From Nageia nagi (taxonomy: Eukaryota; Plantae; Pinophyta), in NCBI GenBank assembly GCA_050084985.1, contig JBITNC010000001.1:150598001-150662000 (forward strand): DNA of 64,000 nt, written 5' to 3'. Position numbers and translations under genes: made by a program. Each line of letters opens with the position of its first letter. Within the stretch, counting starts at the first letter, position 1. Below, piece by piece: positions 27,043 to 39,289 of the stretch. The notes beneath the pieces are model-generated. The model worked only from the letters and a program-made list of their open reading frames with translations. It was not told the DNA's origin and did not search any database.

Positions 27043-30000
27043 CAGTGTTCCACACGATCGAGGAACGGGGAAATGGGGGAACGAGGGAATTTGTATTTGG
27101 GAATGGGGAAAAAATAGGGTCATTTTTGGGGAACGACTAGGGAATGATAAATATAATACTAGTAAAAATTATCAAAATTTTCAGATTTTATCATTTCCAA
27201 TTCATTATTATTATGATGAATGATCATATTATTAAATTTAATCATGTATACAAATTAAAGACTGAAAGCATGGAATTGAAATTAGAAACTACGAAATTCA
27301 ACTTCAAGACAATCATAAAAAAAGGGTAAACTGTAAATGTTTAAATGATAAAATCTGAAATCATAAATTTGATAACACAATCATAATGTCATAGGTTTGA
27401 AAGACTGAATCAAATACATAGAGGGGACATTAGTATGTCGAACAAGTATCTGAATAACAAAATGAAAATGCCAAAATAACCACTATAGTCTATGCCCTAT
27501 GGCTCTATGAGTCTATAGTCTCATGTGCTAATGGTTGTGTATCCATATCCTCCTCATCTGTTGAGCTCTCATCATCCAAATGAAGAGTATGCAATGGCAA
27601 TCCAAACATCGACTCATTAGCCTTATCATCATCAACCTCAAGTTGGCCTGCCTCCACTGGATCAATGTCCCAACGTGCAGCTGGACTAGCCCTATACTCT
27701 GGTGTAACTCTCTCGCAAAGGCAAAGAGAGCTATGCACTGCAACTAACTTCTTTGCTCTACAAGAAGTAAGTCTATTCCTCCGCAAACTATGGATGAAGC
27801 CATAGGTAGACCAATTTCTCCCGCAGCAGATGAACTACCAATCTACAAACAATCATTTAAATTAGATTTCTCATTTTTGATTATGTAAGAAATAGAAATT
27901 TAAGATCTCAAACAATCATTCAAATTGAAAAATAGACTATAATTATAAGTCTATAATCAATAGACAATAGTACAATACTTAATGGCATGCCAGTGGCATC
28001 TACTAACATGGGAAAGAAGCTTAATCGCAAGATGCTTCAAGTGTGGAGCATCATCTCCATATAGCTCCCACCATCCAATGGGATCAGTTTGGGCAATGGT
28101 AGCCCTATCCTCCTTGCACTTTGGCTTGCTGAAATGAGGACTCGTAAGTCTCACAAATTTTACAAACTCCTCTTTAACTATACGACCATCCTCTCTTGAA
28201 AACATCTTGGCAAGGAAGTTCATAAACCCATCTTTCAACTCAATATCATCATTAGGTGCCATTTTTCCAATCTTTGGTGCATACCATTTTGGGTTCAACA
28301 CATGGGCAGCCATATGGAGAGTATTTATCTTATTCCACCTATAAAAAATTAATAAACTTAAAAACTAAAGTTAACAAACCAAATTGAAACTAAAGTCAAC
28401 AATCAACATTTATTACCTCTTCTCTATGATGGGTCTAATATGGCCTTCATAAAAAGAAGGATCTTTGTCATAAATTATTATTTTTATTTTCCCAAGCATG
28501 CTATTGAAGGTCTCATATATTTCTTCTAAATTAGGAGAATTTGTATCGGCATACTTTATCACTTCAAAAATTGGGGAAATAAAAGATACAATGTACCTAC
28601 ATTCAATAAAAAAAAGAGTGAAAAATCTTAGAACTAATTGAACAATTAGTCATTAGTCGTTACCTAGTGACCAATCCAACTTGAAATTCAAACTACAATA
28701 GTAAAACTTTTAAACTTTATTACCTGGCTTCAGCCACCTTTTCCATTCTACACAAAGTACCATGGATTGTAGTGCCTTCTGCACTTCAATCATCCTTTGC
28801 AATAGGATGAAATAAGTGGCATATCTCGTATTTGCATGTTTAAGGAATTCCTTCTTTGAGAAGGAGCGAAAGAGCGCCAATGAGGTATGATGGTTTCAAA
28901 TAAACATTTGCAAGTCTTTCGCTTTTGCATCCACATTCTTCACCCAATCTATTTTCCCAATGTCCTTCAATGCATTATTCAATGCATGAATGCAACATGG
29001 GGTCTAAAAAATGTGCCTATAAGTGCCCTCTATTAATTTTCCTGCACGCTTGCAAATAAGGGCTGCATCTGTAATTATCTGTACATAAAAAAATTAAAAC
29101 ATTAAAATTTGGCATATGCACAACAAAAAATAAATTTGAAAACTAAAAGTAAACTTAGTAAAGTGATTACTTGGACAACATTGGAGGATCCCACCTCCTC
29201 AATAGCCTCCTTCAACAAGAGGAACTGGAATTCTGCATCCTTTTTCTCTGAGCAATCAATAGCTTGAAGAAAATAAGGATCCTCTGAACATGACACCATT
29301 ATATTGATGAGTGGACGTTGACAAATGTCAGTCCATCCATCCATAATAATGGAACATCCACTACGCACCCATGTAGCCTTCAACTCTTGCATCATCAAAC
29401 TGCATCTAGTATACTGCTTCTCCAAAAGAGAAGTATGAAGTCTAGTCTCGCTAGGTAGTACATATGAAGGCCCAGCCAACCTTACTTCCTCAAATGCTGC
29501 CCTCAAGTAAGGTGAGTGTGCAAGATGAAAAGGCAAGGCATGTGCATAAAATAATTTTCCCACTGCATCATCAACCCTCTCTTTCTGCTGCAAGTTTAAT
29601 GCTTCAGCTATATTCCTCTTTTTTTGGAAGGGAATGTAGGACTTGGCAAGCTAGAAGAGAGTGCAATTTCTTTTTCTCTAGCTGATGAAAAGGAGGATAC
29701 ATGGGAGGATTGGATACATTTAAGAATGGGCAGCCCACTATTCTTAAGATAAGCCTCTTGTACAAGCCTACTAGCTTCTGCAAACATAAATCTGTTCATT
29801 TGTTTACAAACCCTCACCCTGTCCCATGTTTATCAGTCAAATGTGATTCAACCCTGGTATAACTCCCTTTAAATGGAGTGTTACAAAAGTGACATTTATA
29901 AGTTTTTGCTCCCCTTTCAATTTTTTTTCCAGCATCTAGGTTTGTGACAAATTGCATCAAAGGTTTTTTAGGATTAAATGGCCCTTTAGCAAAACCTTTT

Positions 30001-30776
30001 AACATTATGGATGGGCAATCAAAAATTGATGTGTTTTCTTGCTCATTTTCAGCTCTCATTTTTGTTTCTACCTCATAGCTTTGATTTTCTTCCCCAATCT
30101 CACTACTCATCTTGTTTTTTTTAAGAAAACAACAAGTAAACTTATAAAGTTTAACTTTCAAGTTTAAAGTTTTAAACTAAACTACAAACAAGTAGAAATT
30201 GAGAAACAAAAAAACCTTGGATTGTGTTAGGTAACTTTCTTCTCCTCCTTGGCTTTTGTTCTCTACACTATTGTGTTTCTCTTTCTCTTCACTGCTGTGT
30301 TTTTCTTCTACTGCTGTGTTTTTCTTCCTCCTCTTTCTCCTCTACATAATGACAAGTGATTACAAAATCACTTTGTCTTTTAGGGCACCTTTTTAGGGTT
30401 AGAAGGCATGCAAACATGGTGGGGTCCATCAAAAAACACTTTAAGTGTTTTTTTTTTCAAGTCAAAAGCTTTTATTTATTTTTTTTAAATCCCAGTCTTA
30501 CTAGGTTTGGCCGTAGGGGGGACCCGGGAACACGGGGACGACGTCGGAAACGACTAGCGGTCCTCGGGAACGGTCGAGAAATGGCTAGCTGTTCCCGATG
30601 GGAGGGACGATTGGGGAACGTTCCCCCCATCTTGGGAGACATCCCGGGGATGTCACCCAACTATCCCCCAAAAAGGGAATGGTTGGGAAATGTTTCCTTA
30701 GGCGTTCCCAAGTTCCCAAAACGTGGGAATGCCAAGAACGGCTCCTCCAGGGGGAACGCGTCCCCGTGGAACATTG
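27043..30776 (-). mobile_element. Full-length hAT transposon with a multi-exon, disabled transposase
   Basis: TIRs CAGTGTTCCAC / GTGGAACATTG (10/11 match) and 8-bp TSD TTTATTAG / TTTATTAA. BED finger (29814..30161), IIMDGWTD (29102..29593), dimerisation domain (27505..28313). In-frame stop HIF*TPC and frameshifts. Confidence 0.93.
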
Positions 30777-30878
30777 TTTATTAAACATTCATATTCAGAT
30801 TGGTTAGATTCTATAGCTGACAGAAAGGCAAGAACAAGCTATGTTTTAGCTCTTGGTTTAGGGGCAGTTACATAGCAG

Positions 30879-31483
30879 CATAGTTGTAAAACTTGGATCA
30901 GAATCCTATTAAATCACCAAAAATCGGAATCGGGCAAGGAAACGATTCGATTCTTATTGGATCCGATTTTTTTGCAGAAAGATTTTTCCCGATTCCGATT
31001 TCGATTTTTTGTCTTTAAAATTGTAATTTTTTAGGCAAAAATTGGCCAACAATTTTTTAGGATTTTTTAGTAGCAGCACTAGATGAATGTTTTGATTCAA
31101 ATTTTTGTTATTTTTTTAGGATATTTTAGTAGTAGCACTAGATGAATGTTTTGAATCTTTTGATTTAGATTTTGTTATGTCACATTAGTAACCTTTAATG
31201 TTTTTTGGTCTTTGACACTTGGACATTCGATATGTAATACAAAACTTTACAATTTCTCTAATATGCAATGTTGGATATTTTATGTGTTATTCTATATGGA
31301 ATGTTGTCTATTTAATATGCGATGTTGAGATATAGCTAAAACTGATTTGTTTCAATGTCAAATAGGAGAGATTCGTTCATTTTTCTCTATGCCTGTTTTT
31401 TGCCGATTTTATTTCCGATTTTTCAAAAAATCTGAATCTCGCAGCCAAACGATTCCAATCCAATTCCGATTTTTACAACTATG
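30879..31483. mobile_element. hAT-type MITE (605 bp)
   Basis: Perfect 13-bp TIR CATAGTTGTAAAA and perfect 8-bp TSD CATAGCAG (30871-78, 31484-91). CCGATT/AATCGG subterminal motifs; internal ~50-bp direct repeat. Confidence 0.95.
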
Positions 31484-32308
31484 CATAGCAGAACAAAACC
31501 CATAACCCATAATAACAAAAGTGTCTTAATAACAGTTTTTTTTGTTGTTTTCTGAAAATTGGAAAACAAATAGTTACATGTTCATTTGCAGGAGTTAGAC
31601 CATCAAAAAATCACTTGTAATTCTTTGTATTGAAGTCCATGAGGAAGAGCAGATCATCCCTATGAGTTTCCCACTCTTCCAAGTTCTCCCTTGTAAATCT
31701 TCAACACCTAGTGGTTTTCCATTCTTAATGCTATATTTGTAACATGTTTTATTGTTTGTGTTTTGGAGGCTGCAATCGCTTAGGATTCTTCTTCCCCATC
31801 TCCATTTTTTTGTTAGAAATTTGGATGCACTTTGCAGTTTTCCATGAAAACAATCTGTCTTTTATCAAAACTTGGTATAGAAAGGATTGTCTGTGGTTAC
31901 ATGAAATCTCAGATGTGGCCAGTGTTGTGTAAAATTCCTTTTAGTACCTTTCCAGTAGCCAAGTAAAATCAATGGAACAATTAATTGAGGTTTGCCTTGT
32001 AGAAAGTAATCAATACATGACAAAAAGTGCAATCTTTCTTATTGGAGTTCATTGCGTGTATATATCTTGAGAATGTTCCTTTCATGGAGTGTTTGGGAAT
32101 CTTCCCTTAATTTTAAAAATATTCAAAATGTTACTCAACAACAGAAAATATTCAATTACATTGCACAGTATTTATAATTTCTAAGTTGAGCAAAGAACAA
32201 CTTTATAGTCATGTGATACAACACAAGGAAATCTTCTTATGTCTTTCTCAGCTTGTTACTAATATTAAGTTTTGACAAGTTCATGACAATTAGTTTACTG
32301 TCTTGTAG

Positions 32309-32362
32309 TTCCCTGAAGGTGGAAATGCAATTGCTGGACAGGGACCTTGTTTCGTTTTGGAG
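32309..32362 (+). CDS. murC: MurC internal exon B: FPEGGNAIAGQGPCFVLE
   Basis: ttgtAG acceptor and GTgatc donor; 54 nt, phase 0-0. Matches the MurC GNA..G.G..FV.E segment and joins exon C to form EADE. Confidence 0.88.
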
Positions 32363-32649
32363 GTGATCATTACTTTCTCTTTGTCATTTCAAGGTTTATG
32401 CAAATGATTTGCCTACGCTGAGGCATCAGATCTTGGAAATGATTCATGCAGTCTTTGTTATTGTTTGCAAATAAAAATGCTTCACCAACTAAATAAGTAT
32501 GCATTGCCTTTTTGGCTAGTAAAATGCTTCTTCTTTATATAAAAATCAGAGAATTTATTTTTATGTATGCTTTTTGAATAAATGCATCAGACTTTGAACT
32601 TTCTAAGATTGCAAAAGTAGGCATTTAACAGTCAATCTTTTTTTCCAAG

Positions 32650-34438
32650 CGCTTGAGAGAGTAAGAAAGGAAGATCATATCATATGCACAAAGCATATTG
32701 CAATTAGGATGCAAGATACACTGATTATGATGGGTAAACAGTGTCAAAACAACACATATCTCTTTGCCAATCACAAACATAAATGTGGTGTGGGACGAAC
32801 CATTGCTAATATATCTATCCTTCAATTCAAATTATAACTACAACTGCAATTAAAAAGTAAACTCAAAAAGAGAAATCAAATAAGAAATCAACCCACATAT
32901 CTTACTCAGTATTGCACATTGGGAACCCCTTTTGGTTGAAGGACCACTGGAAGAAGAGCATTAGCAGTATTTCATTATACTGGAATGAGTACAGGATTGC
33001 TTATGGAGATCCAAAACAGTGATATAAGTACCTGAAGCCTCTAATAGCTACCTCTTCTGCTACTTTTGAGCACTAACATCTGAAATGAGTACAGGGCTGC
33101 TAAGGCAACATGCACAAGGTTTTGCAGCGCCAACATCATGATATAAGAAACCAATGATGAGTAATTTATTGTATTCCAAATTCCCCCAGGGCTGTCACTA
33201 CCCTCCCTCCTAGTGAACCTCTTACCTATTATTGTGAAAGGACTAGTTAGCTCGAAGAGCTGGCACTCCAACACTTAGGACAGATTTAGTTTCCCTTCAC
33301 TAGTTTTGAAAGACAATATCTGACTCGATTTAATTAATCAAATCTGGGCGGTGTTCTAAGGTTGTATGCTATTGAGCTCAATTCTCTCAGTTGTATATAC
33401 TTCAAGCAAAATTGCAGAAAGCAAACAAACAGAAATGAAAGTTGCAGAATTGAAATTGCAAGAATCTTAAATGCTGAAGAGATAGAAACTTGAAATCACC
33501 ACACTGGAAGTAAACTCACACCTGAACTGAAAAGTACAGTAAAATAAGCGAGTCTTCTACCATTTGGAGTGGGCCCTTGCTCCTCTTAGTGGAAGACTGA
33601 AAGAACTCAGTACTTGAAACTCTTCAAAATATTACTTTATTACTGCATGCAAATCATCTCACACAGGAAGTGCTTGTTGGATCCAATACAAAGCTTATTC
33701 TCACAGAATAATAGTCTATTCACACAATAATTTCCTAACCCCCTCTATTATCAACAACTGAGGTATAAATATCCTCCATTGTTTAACAATAGTTCGGCTA
33801 AGAATAACAGTGATCTGAACTACCTTCTATTATAGAAACAAAATCTCTTATTCCTATCATCAAAGCTAACTAATACTCAAATTAACATACTAAATCGTGC
33901 ACACTCTTATTTAAGGAGAGCTACAATCCCTTAAGAAAAGGGTGGCTCATCCTAATGAGCTGGCACTACCCTAACTAAGACATAAATGGTTCAACGTATC
34001 TAATTTGGAGTCAAATATACTCCACAAATTAAGAACTGACTCTGATAATATTAGTATGTTTGGAGCCATGCTTCTACAGACTAAATCTGGAGTAGCTCTA
34101 ATTACACAAATGTTGGAATTATACAAAGCTGGAGTAGAGCTGTCAATAAAGTCAACTGTGATGGTCAACTTTTTGAACTTGAGTTTGGAGCGGATGCTTC
34201 GGACGAGTTTGGAGTGGAAGCTCTAGATGATTTTGAAACAAAAGCTTCGAACGTGTCTGTAGCGAAGCTCCAAACGAGTCCAAAGACACCAAGCGGAGCG
34301 CCAAATGTGTCTAGAGCCAATGCAGAATTCATTTGGAAGTCTTTCTAACAATGCTTGTGAACCATCCATGTTATCAATTATCGTTCCAAGGAGCAGAATG
34401 AAGCATTTTGACTCAAAATAAACACACAAACATCATCA
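32650..34438 (-). mobile_element. Probable solo or partial LTR; left boundary uncertain
   Basis: The minus strand starts TGATGATGTTTGTG at 34438, followed by U3-like short direct/inverted repeats (34180-34290). No coding domains seen. Confidence 0.45.
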
Positions 34439-34697
34439 GTATGCACAAAGTACCAACATAAGAAAAGTATGCATTTTACCATGCATTAAGCAAATAAGTA
34501 GTTTAGCAGTTATAATTAATCAGTCCATAGTGTCCAAATATACAAAATGAACTATAGAACTGTGCCAAAAACAGGTGATTTCTGAGACTCATCAACTAAT
34601 GCATCAAGTAGCTAGCTCTTGTGTTACTCTGAACACTATTATGTCTCTGTTTTGCTTCAGTATAGCAATCTTGGCTCACCAAGCTGCTATTGATCTC

Positions 34698-35800
34698 TGT
34701 AGCTACTTACAATTGCATTTTAATGATCAAAAAATGATTTTATTTAAATGATTTACTTTATTTATTTAAGATGCCAATTTGGACCCGTTTTTGTGTAATT
34801 CAAGTAATTAAAGTGAATATCTTTAAATTAGAGTTACCTTCTATGCACATTGTTCTAAGTAAATCCACCAAGGTGAACTCAAAATTAAATTTGCAAAACC
34901 TTTATAAAGCACTTCCAAGTGCTCTTTTCACATATGGGCAAGTTTGAGAATGATCATCATCATGTAATATTCCGAGCCAAGGAACACATGATTTATAACA
35001 AATATGCAAATTTCAATTTAAATCTTATTACTCTAAACTTAAGCAAATTAGCAAAATTACCAAATTATGCCAAATGATGCCCTAGATTTGTGCAAAATAT
35101 TTATTTACTCAAATAAATTGCCAGATTATACCAAAACTAGGACGATCTCATACAATTGTTCAATTACTGAAAATTAGGGCAATTTACTCAAGCAACTAAG
35201 CATGCACAAATTGAGGGGAAATAATTGAGAGAAAAATATGTAATAAATACCAATAATTCCGAAAATATCCAATGAACCAAGAATGGGACCTCAAAGAGAT
35301 CAAAATGTCTCCAAGGAGGTGATGTCTCACCAGGGAGCCAAGAACACCACAATGAAGATGCCAAATTCTCACCAAACTATCTCCTTGATCTAGATGTCTC
35401 ACTCCTAGGGCAAGGATGGATTCCAAGATCTGCTCTTAACCTTCAAAGCTGAACAACTAAGGTAGATCTTTACTCAAATCACTTCAGGTCTATTCGATGC
35501 TAATTTTCTGAATAAGTGTGGTGCTAGTGCCTAGTTGCCAACTTGCGGGTTTTCGTTTACAAGATGGGGTTTCATTGTAGGGGTTTCATCCTTTGAGAGG
35601 GAGAGAAGCATGCGTTCCAAAAAAGGGGGTTTAAAGATATTATAACATGCTTTCAAGTGAGGTGTTCATTCCCCTTTTATAGTGCTCTTTGGAAAAGCCT
35701 TTTTCTAATTTGTGGTTGGCTGACCCAACCAAGACTTAAAATCACTCCTAATTAATAAATAGACCTTCCTAAATTGGGCATCCACCTTTGAGGAGTAAAC
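34698..35800. mobile_element. LTR fragments (a TGTAGCTACTTAC-type end plus further LTR pieces)
   Basis: 34698-34930 is homologous to 13459-13680 and to the reverse complement of 43020-43246. Confidence 0.55.
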
Positions 35801-36704
35801 AAGGTCCTCAAATTACAACTAAGCAAGATTTTCCAAAATTTGGTGGTGATGATCCAATCAATTGGATCTATAGGGCAGAACAATATTTCTCATTCAACTA
35901 GATTCCTAAGGCGGAGAAGGTCAAAATTGCATCATTTGGTCCAAGTGATTTTGAAGACTTTGCAGGGGCTATAAAAAAATTGCACCAAACTACATCAATA
36001 AAGGAATATTAGACTTAGTTTGAGAACCTTGCAAATCGCATAGACAGGTTACATGAATCCATTTTCAAAAGTAGTATCATTAGTGGGTTGAAGGATGACA
36101 TTAGGTTGGAAGTGAAGATGTTCAATCCAACACCATGATAGAGGCCATTGGGTCAACTAAATTAGTTGAAGATAAGGTCAATGCTCAATGTCGATAGGGG
36201 AAGCAACCATATGGGAGATCACAAAATCCTCAATTTGCTCCAAAACCTAATCGCCCCTTCCAAGTTAAGCGACTTAGTCTAGAGGGAATGAAGGAGTGAA
36301 GGGATAAGGGTCTTTGCTAAAGCTATGATTGAAAATATGGGCCAAATCATAGATGCACCACACAAAAGTTGTATTTGTTAAATGTCGATGTTCCTAAGGA
36401 TTCAGTAGCTAAGGAGGATGAGGTTGTAGCAGATGAAGTGGCGAACAAACTTAATAACACCATTGAAGATACTCCTGAAATTTCTTGCAATTCCCTTTTC
36501 TAGATTTTCTTCTCTACAAACTATGAAATGTCAGACACTTCAAGCGACGTAATCTCACTATGCTTATTGATTTAGGGAGTATACACAGTTTCATTGATCC
36601 AAGGGTTGCAAAAAAGGCCAATTGCTATATACAACCTTAAAATAGCTTTGAAGTGATGATCGTAATGGAGGCAAGATTGCTTGTAAAAGGAAATGTTGCA
36701 CTGT

Positions 36705-37889
36705 TGTAATGTCCCAAATTAGCAAAAATAATTCTTTACTGAAAAATACAAATTCCAAACCTCAACAAATTTGTTTGAGCCAAAATAAATTAGATCTAGA
36801 ATTAATTACAATTTTGAAACCAAATACAATGCTCAAATTCGTCCAAGAAATGCCCTAGGGTTGGACATCACACCCCCAATCCATAGACGGTTGGATCTGG
36901 CACACTAAAAATGCTCACAAAGCTTCCTAGGATTGGACCAACCACTGCAAGGCTGAGAAACACCCAAGAATGGCCCTCAAGGTTGGATGCACGACTCTCA
37001 CAAGCTGGATGAACCTCCTCAAACCGGATGAATCTTCCAATAGGTTTAAGTGATTGGATTTGAAGGATGGATATGATCTCTAGAACACAATTGCTTTGGA
37101 GCATCCCGTGAATCTTGTGAGGGATCCACTCCTATGAACACAAGGGTTTTTGTCCTTGGTTCACCAAAGCTCCTTGAGGGTTTTCGTCCATAGGAAGGGA
37201 AGAAACTAGCTTGGCGGTTGAGTCTCACGATGATGATGATAGATAGCAAAAGATGTCCTTCAAATGATGCGCTACACCGTCATATAACTAGACGTCGCAA
37301 ATGGGGGCTAGATCTCACCTTGAAATCATGCACTATTGGACACGACACCTAGAATCTCACAATGCCACTTAGGAAGAGAAAAAATCACACATAAAGAGCT
37401 ACGCTACAAGATTGCAAGTGCGAGCATAAATTAATGCCTAAAAATTACCAAAACACTCCTAGATATGGGATGTCCCATTTAGAGATGGCTAATTTCTCTT
37501 TTGGGCTCACAATAAACAAGAAGTCCCATTATTAATTTAAAAATATAAATCATGCCCAAGTACAATGAAACACTCCAAAATATCATAAGAAATAATCACG
37601 TATCCCTAGGAGAGGGATGTCCCACCCTTTGTGGCCAAATATGACATAACAAAGCAACCAAGTGGAGTGCTCAATGTGTGCATAGCTAGGCGATCCTCCA
37701 CAAGTCTCCAAATTCCTCCTGGACACGAACTGCCAAATAAGCTCCAACATGTCCTTACTCATCCTTGAAACACCAAATCTCCACTAATCAAGACACATCA
37801 CTCTTGGATGTTGAATGAACTCCTATAAATAGGCCATATCATCTTCAAAACACCTTTTATGAGATAGGTACAAAAATTGGGACATTACA
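36705..37889. mobile_element. Solo LTR (1185 bp) inserted in the protease of the chromovirus
   Basis: Termini TGTAATGTCCCAA...TTGGGACATTACA; decayed 5-bp TSD ACTGT / AAGGT. The host reading frame resumes on the far side. Confidence 0.88.
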
Positions 37890-39289
37890 AAGGTCAAAAT
37901 CACCATGGGAGAATATAATTTACAGAGTGACATGTATGGGCTTCCATTGGGGGAATTTGATGTGGTCCTTGGAGCTCAATGGTTGCGGACATTGGATCTA
38001 TATTATGGGATTTTTCTGATTTATTGATGCATTTCACAGTTGACAGATAGAAATATACCCTCAAGGGAGTACACTCAGGCCCCTCATAGATAATTAGTTC
38101 ACACAATATGGAGAAGCTTCTTTGGAAGGGAGTAAAAGGGATGGTTGCATAATTATTTTCACTCCAACCAATCGAGAAGGTACTACTTTTCTTGGAAGTC
38201 AACCACCAAAGATTCAACCTTATCTCTATCCTTGTTTGTTGAAGAATGAAATTGAGAAATTGGGTCATGAAATGTTGGAAGTGGAAATTATTTGACCCAG
38301 TGTAAGTCCTAACTCTTCCCCAATTTTGTTCGTTTGAAAAAGGGATGGGTCATGGTGTATGCGCATCGAATTTCAAGCTCTCAAAAAATCGCAATAAAGG
38401 ATAACTTTCCCATTCTTGTCATTGATGAACTACATAGGGCTCAATACCTTTCCAAACTGGATCTGTTGTCATAGTATCATCAAATTAGGCTTCTACAAGA
38501 AATATTTCTAAAACAACTTTTCGCACACATGAAGGCCACTATGAATTTTTGGTAATGCCATTTGGTCTTTACCAATGCTTCTTCCACTTTTCAAAGTTTG
38601 ATGAATTAGGTATTTCATCCTTACTTTAAAAAATTTATTTTGGTTTTTGTTGATGATGTTTTGATCTATTGCAAGAAGTGGGAGGACCATTTGGCCCACT
38701 TAGATTAGACCTTACAAATTCTCCAAGACAACGAATTATATGCCAAGTGTTCAAAATGTTCTTTTGGGTGGGGAAAGATTAAGTATCTAGGGTACATTTT
38801 TTCAAAAGAGGGCATCAAATTAAATCCTTACAAAATTGTAGATATAAAGGGTTCACTTCGATTATGGAAAGATTGTAGCTCCATTAATATCCTTAGTAAA
38901 AAGGAATGCTTTTATTTGGTCGCCCATTGTTGAAGAATCTTTTCATAGATTGAAGGACGCTGTGTTCTACTATAGTTTTGGCCGTGCTTGATTTTTCTAG
39001 AACCTTTATCATTGAGAGTGATGCTTGAGAAGTTGGAATTGGAGCAATCTTGATGCAAAAAGATAGACCCGAGGCTTTTACTAGCAAGGCATTATTGGGA
39101 AGAAACTTGGCAAAATCCACATATGAGAAAGAAATGCTAGCAATCATTCATGCTATTCAATGATGATGGCCATATCTCATTGGTTGACATTTTCTTGTTC
39201 GTACAAATCATCATAGTCCGAAGCATTTTATGGAACAACGAATCTCCACTCCTGAGCAACAAAAGTGGGTTACTATGTTGTTGGGGTAT

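Larger units (their letters stand above)
26860..31505 (+). pseudogene. Ty1/copia RT-RNase H remnant split by two hAT insertions
   Basis: IRYAILCLSWFM..PK..W..AQRMLKYVKGIVDFGI (~26895-27010) continues as YSDWLDSIADRKARTSYVLALGLGAVT (~30790-30875). Confidence 0.75.

Noticed and set aside
30356-30807. Overlapping GC-rich ORFs (also at 17361-17581)
   Set aside because: They coincide with hAT subterminal repeat regions, which are poor in stop codons.
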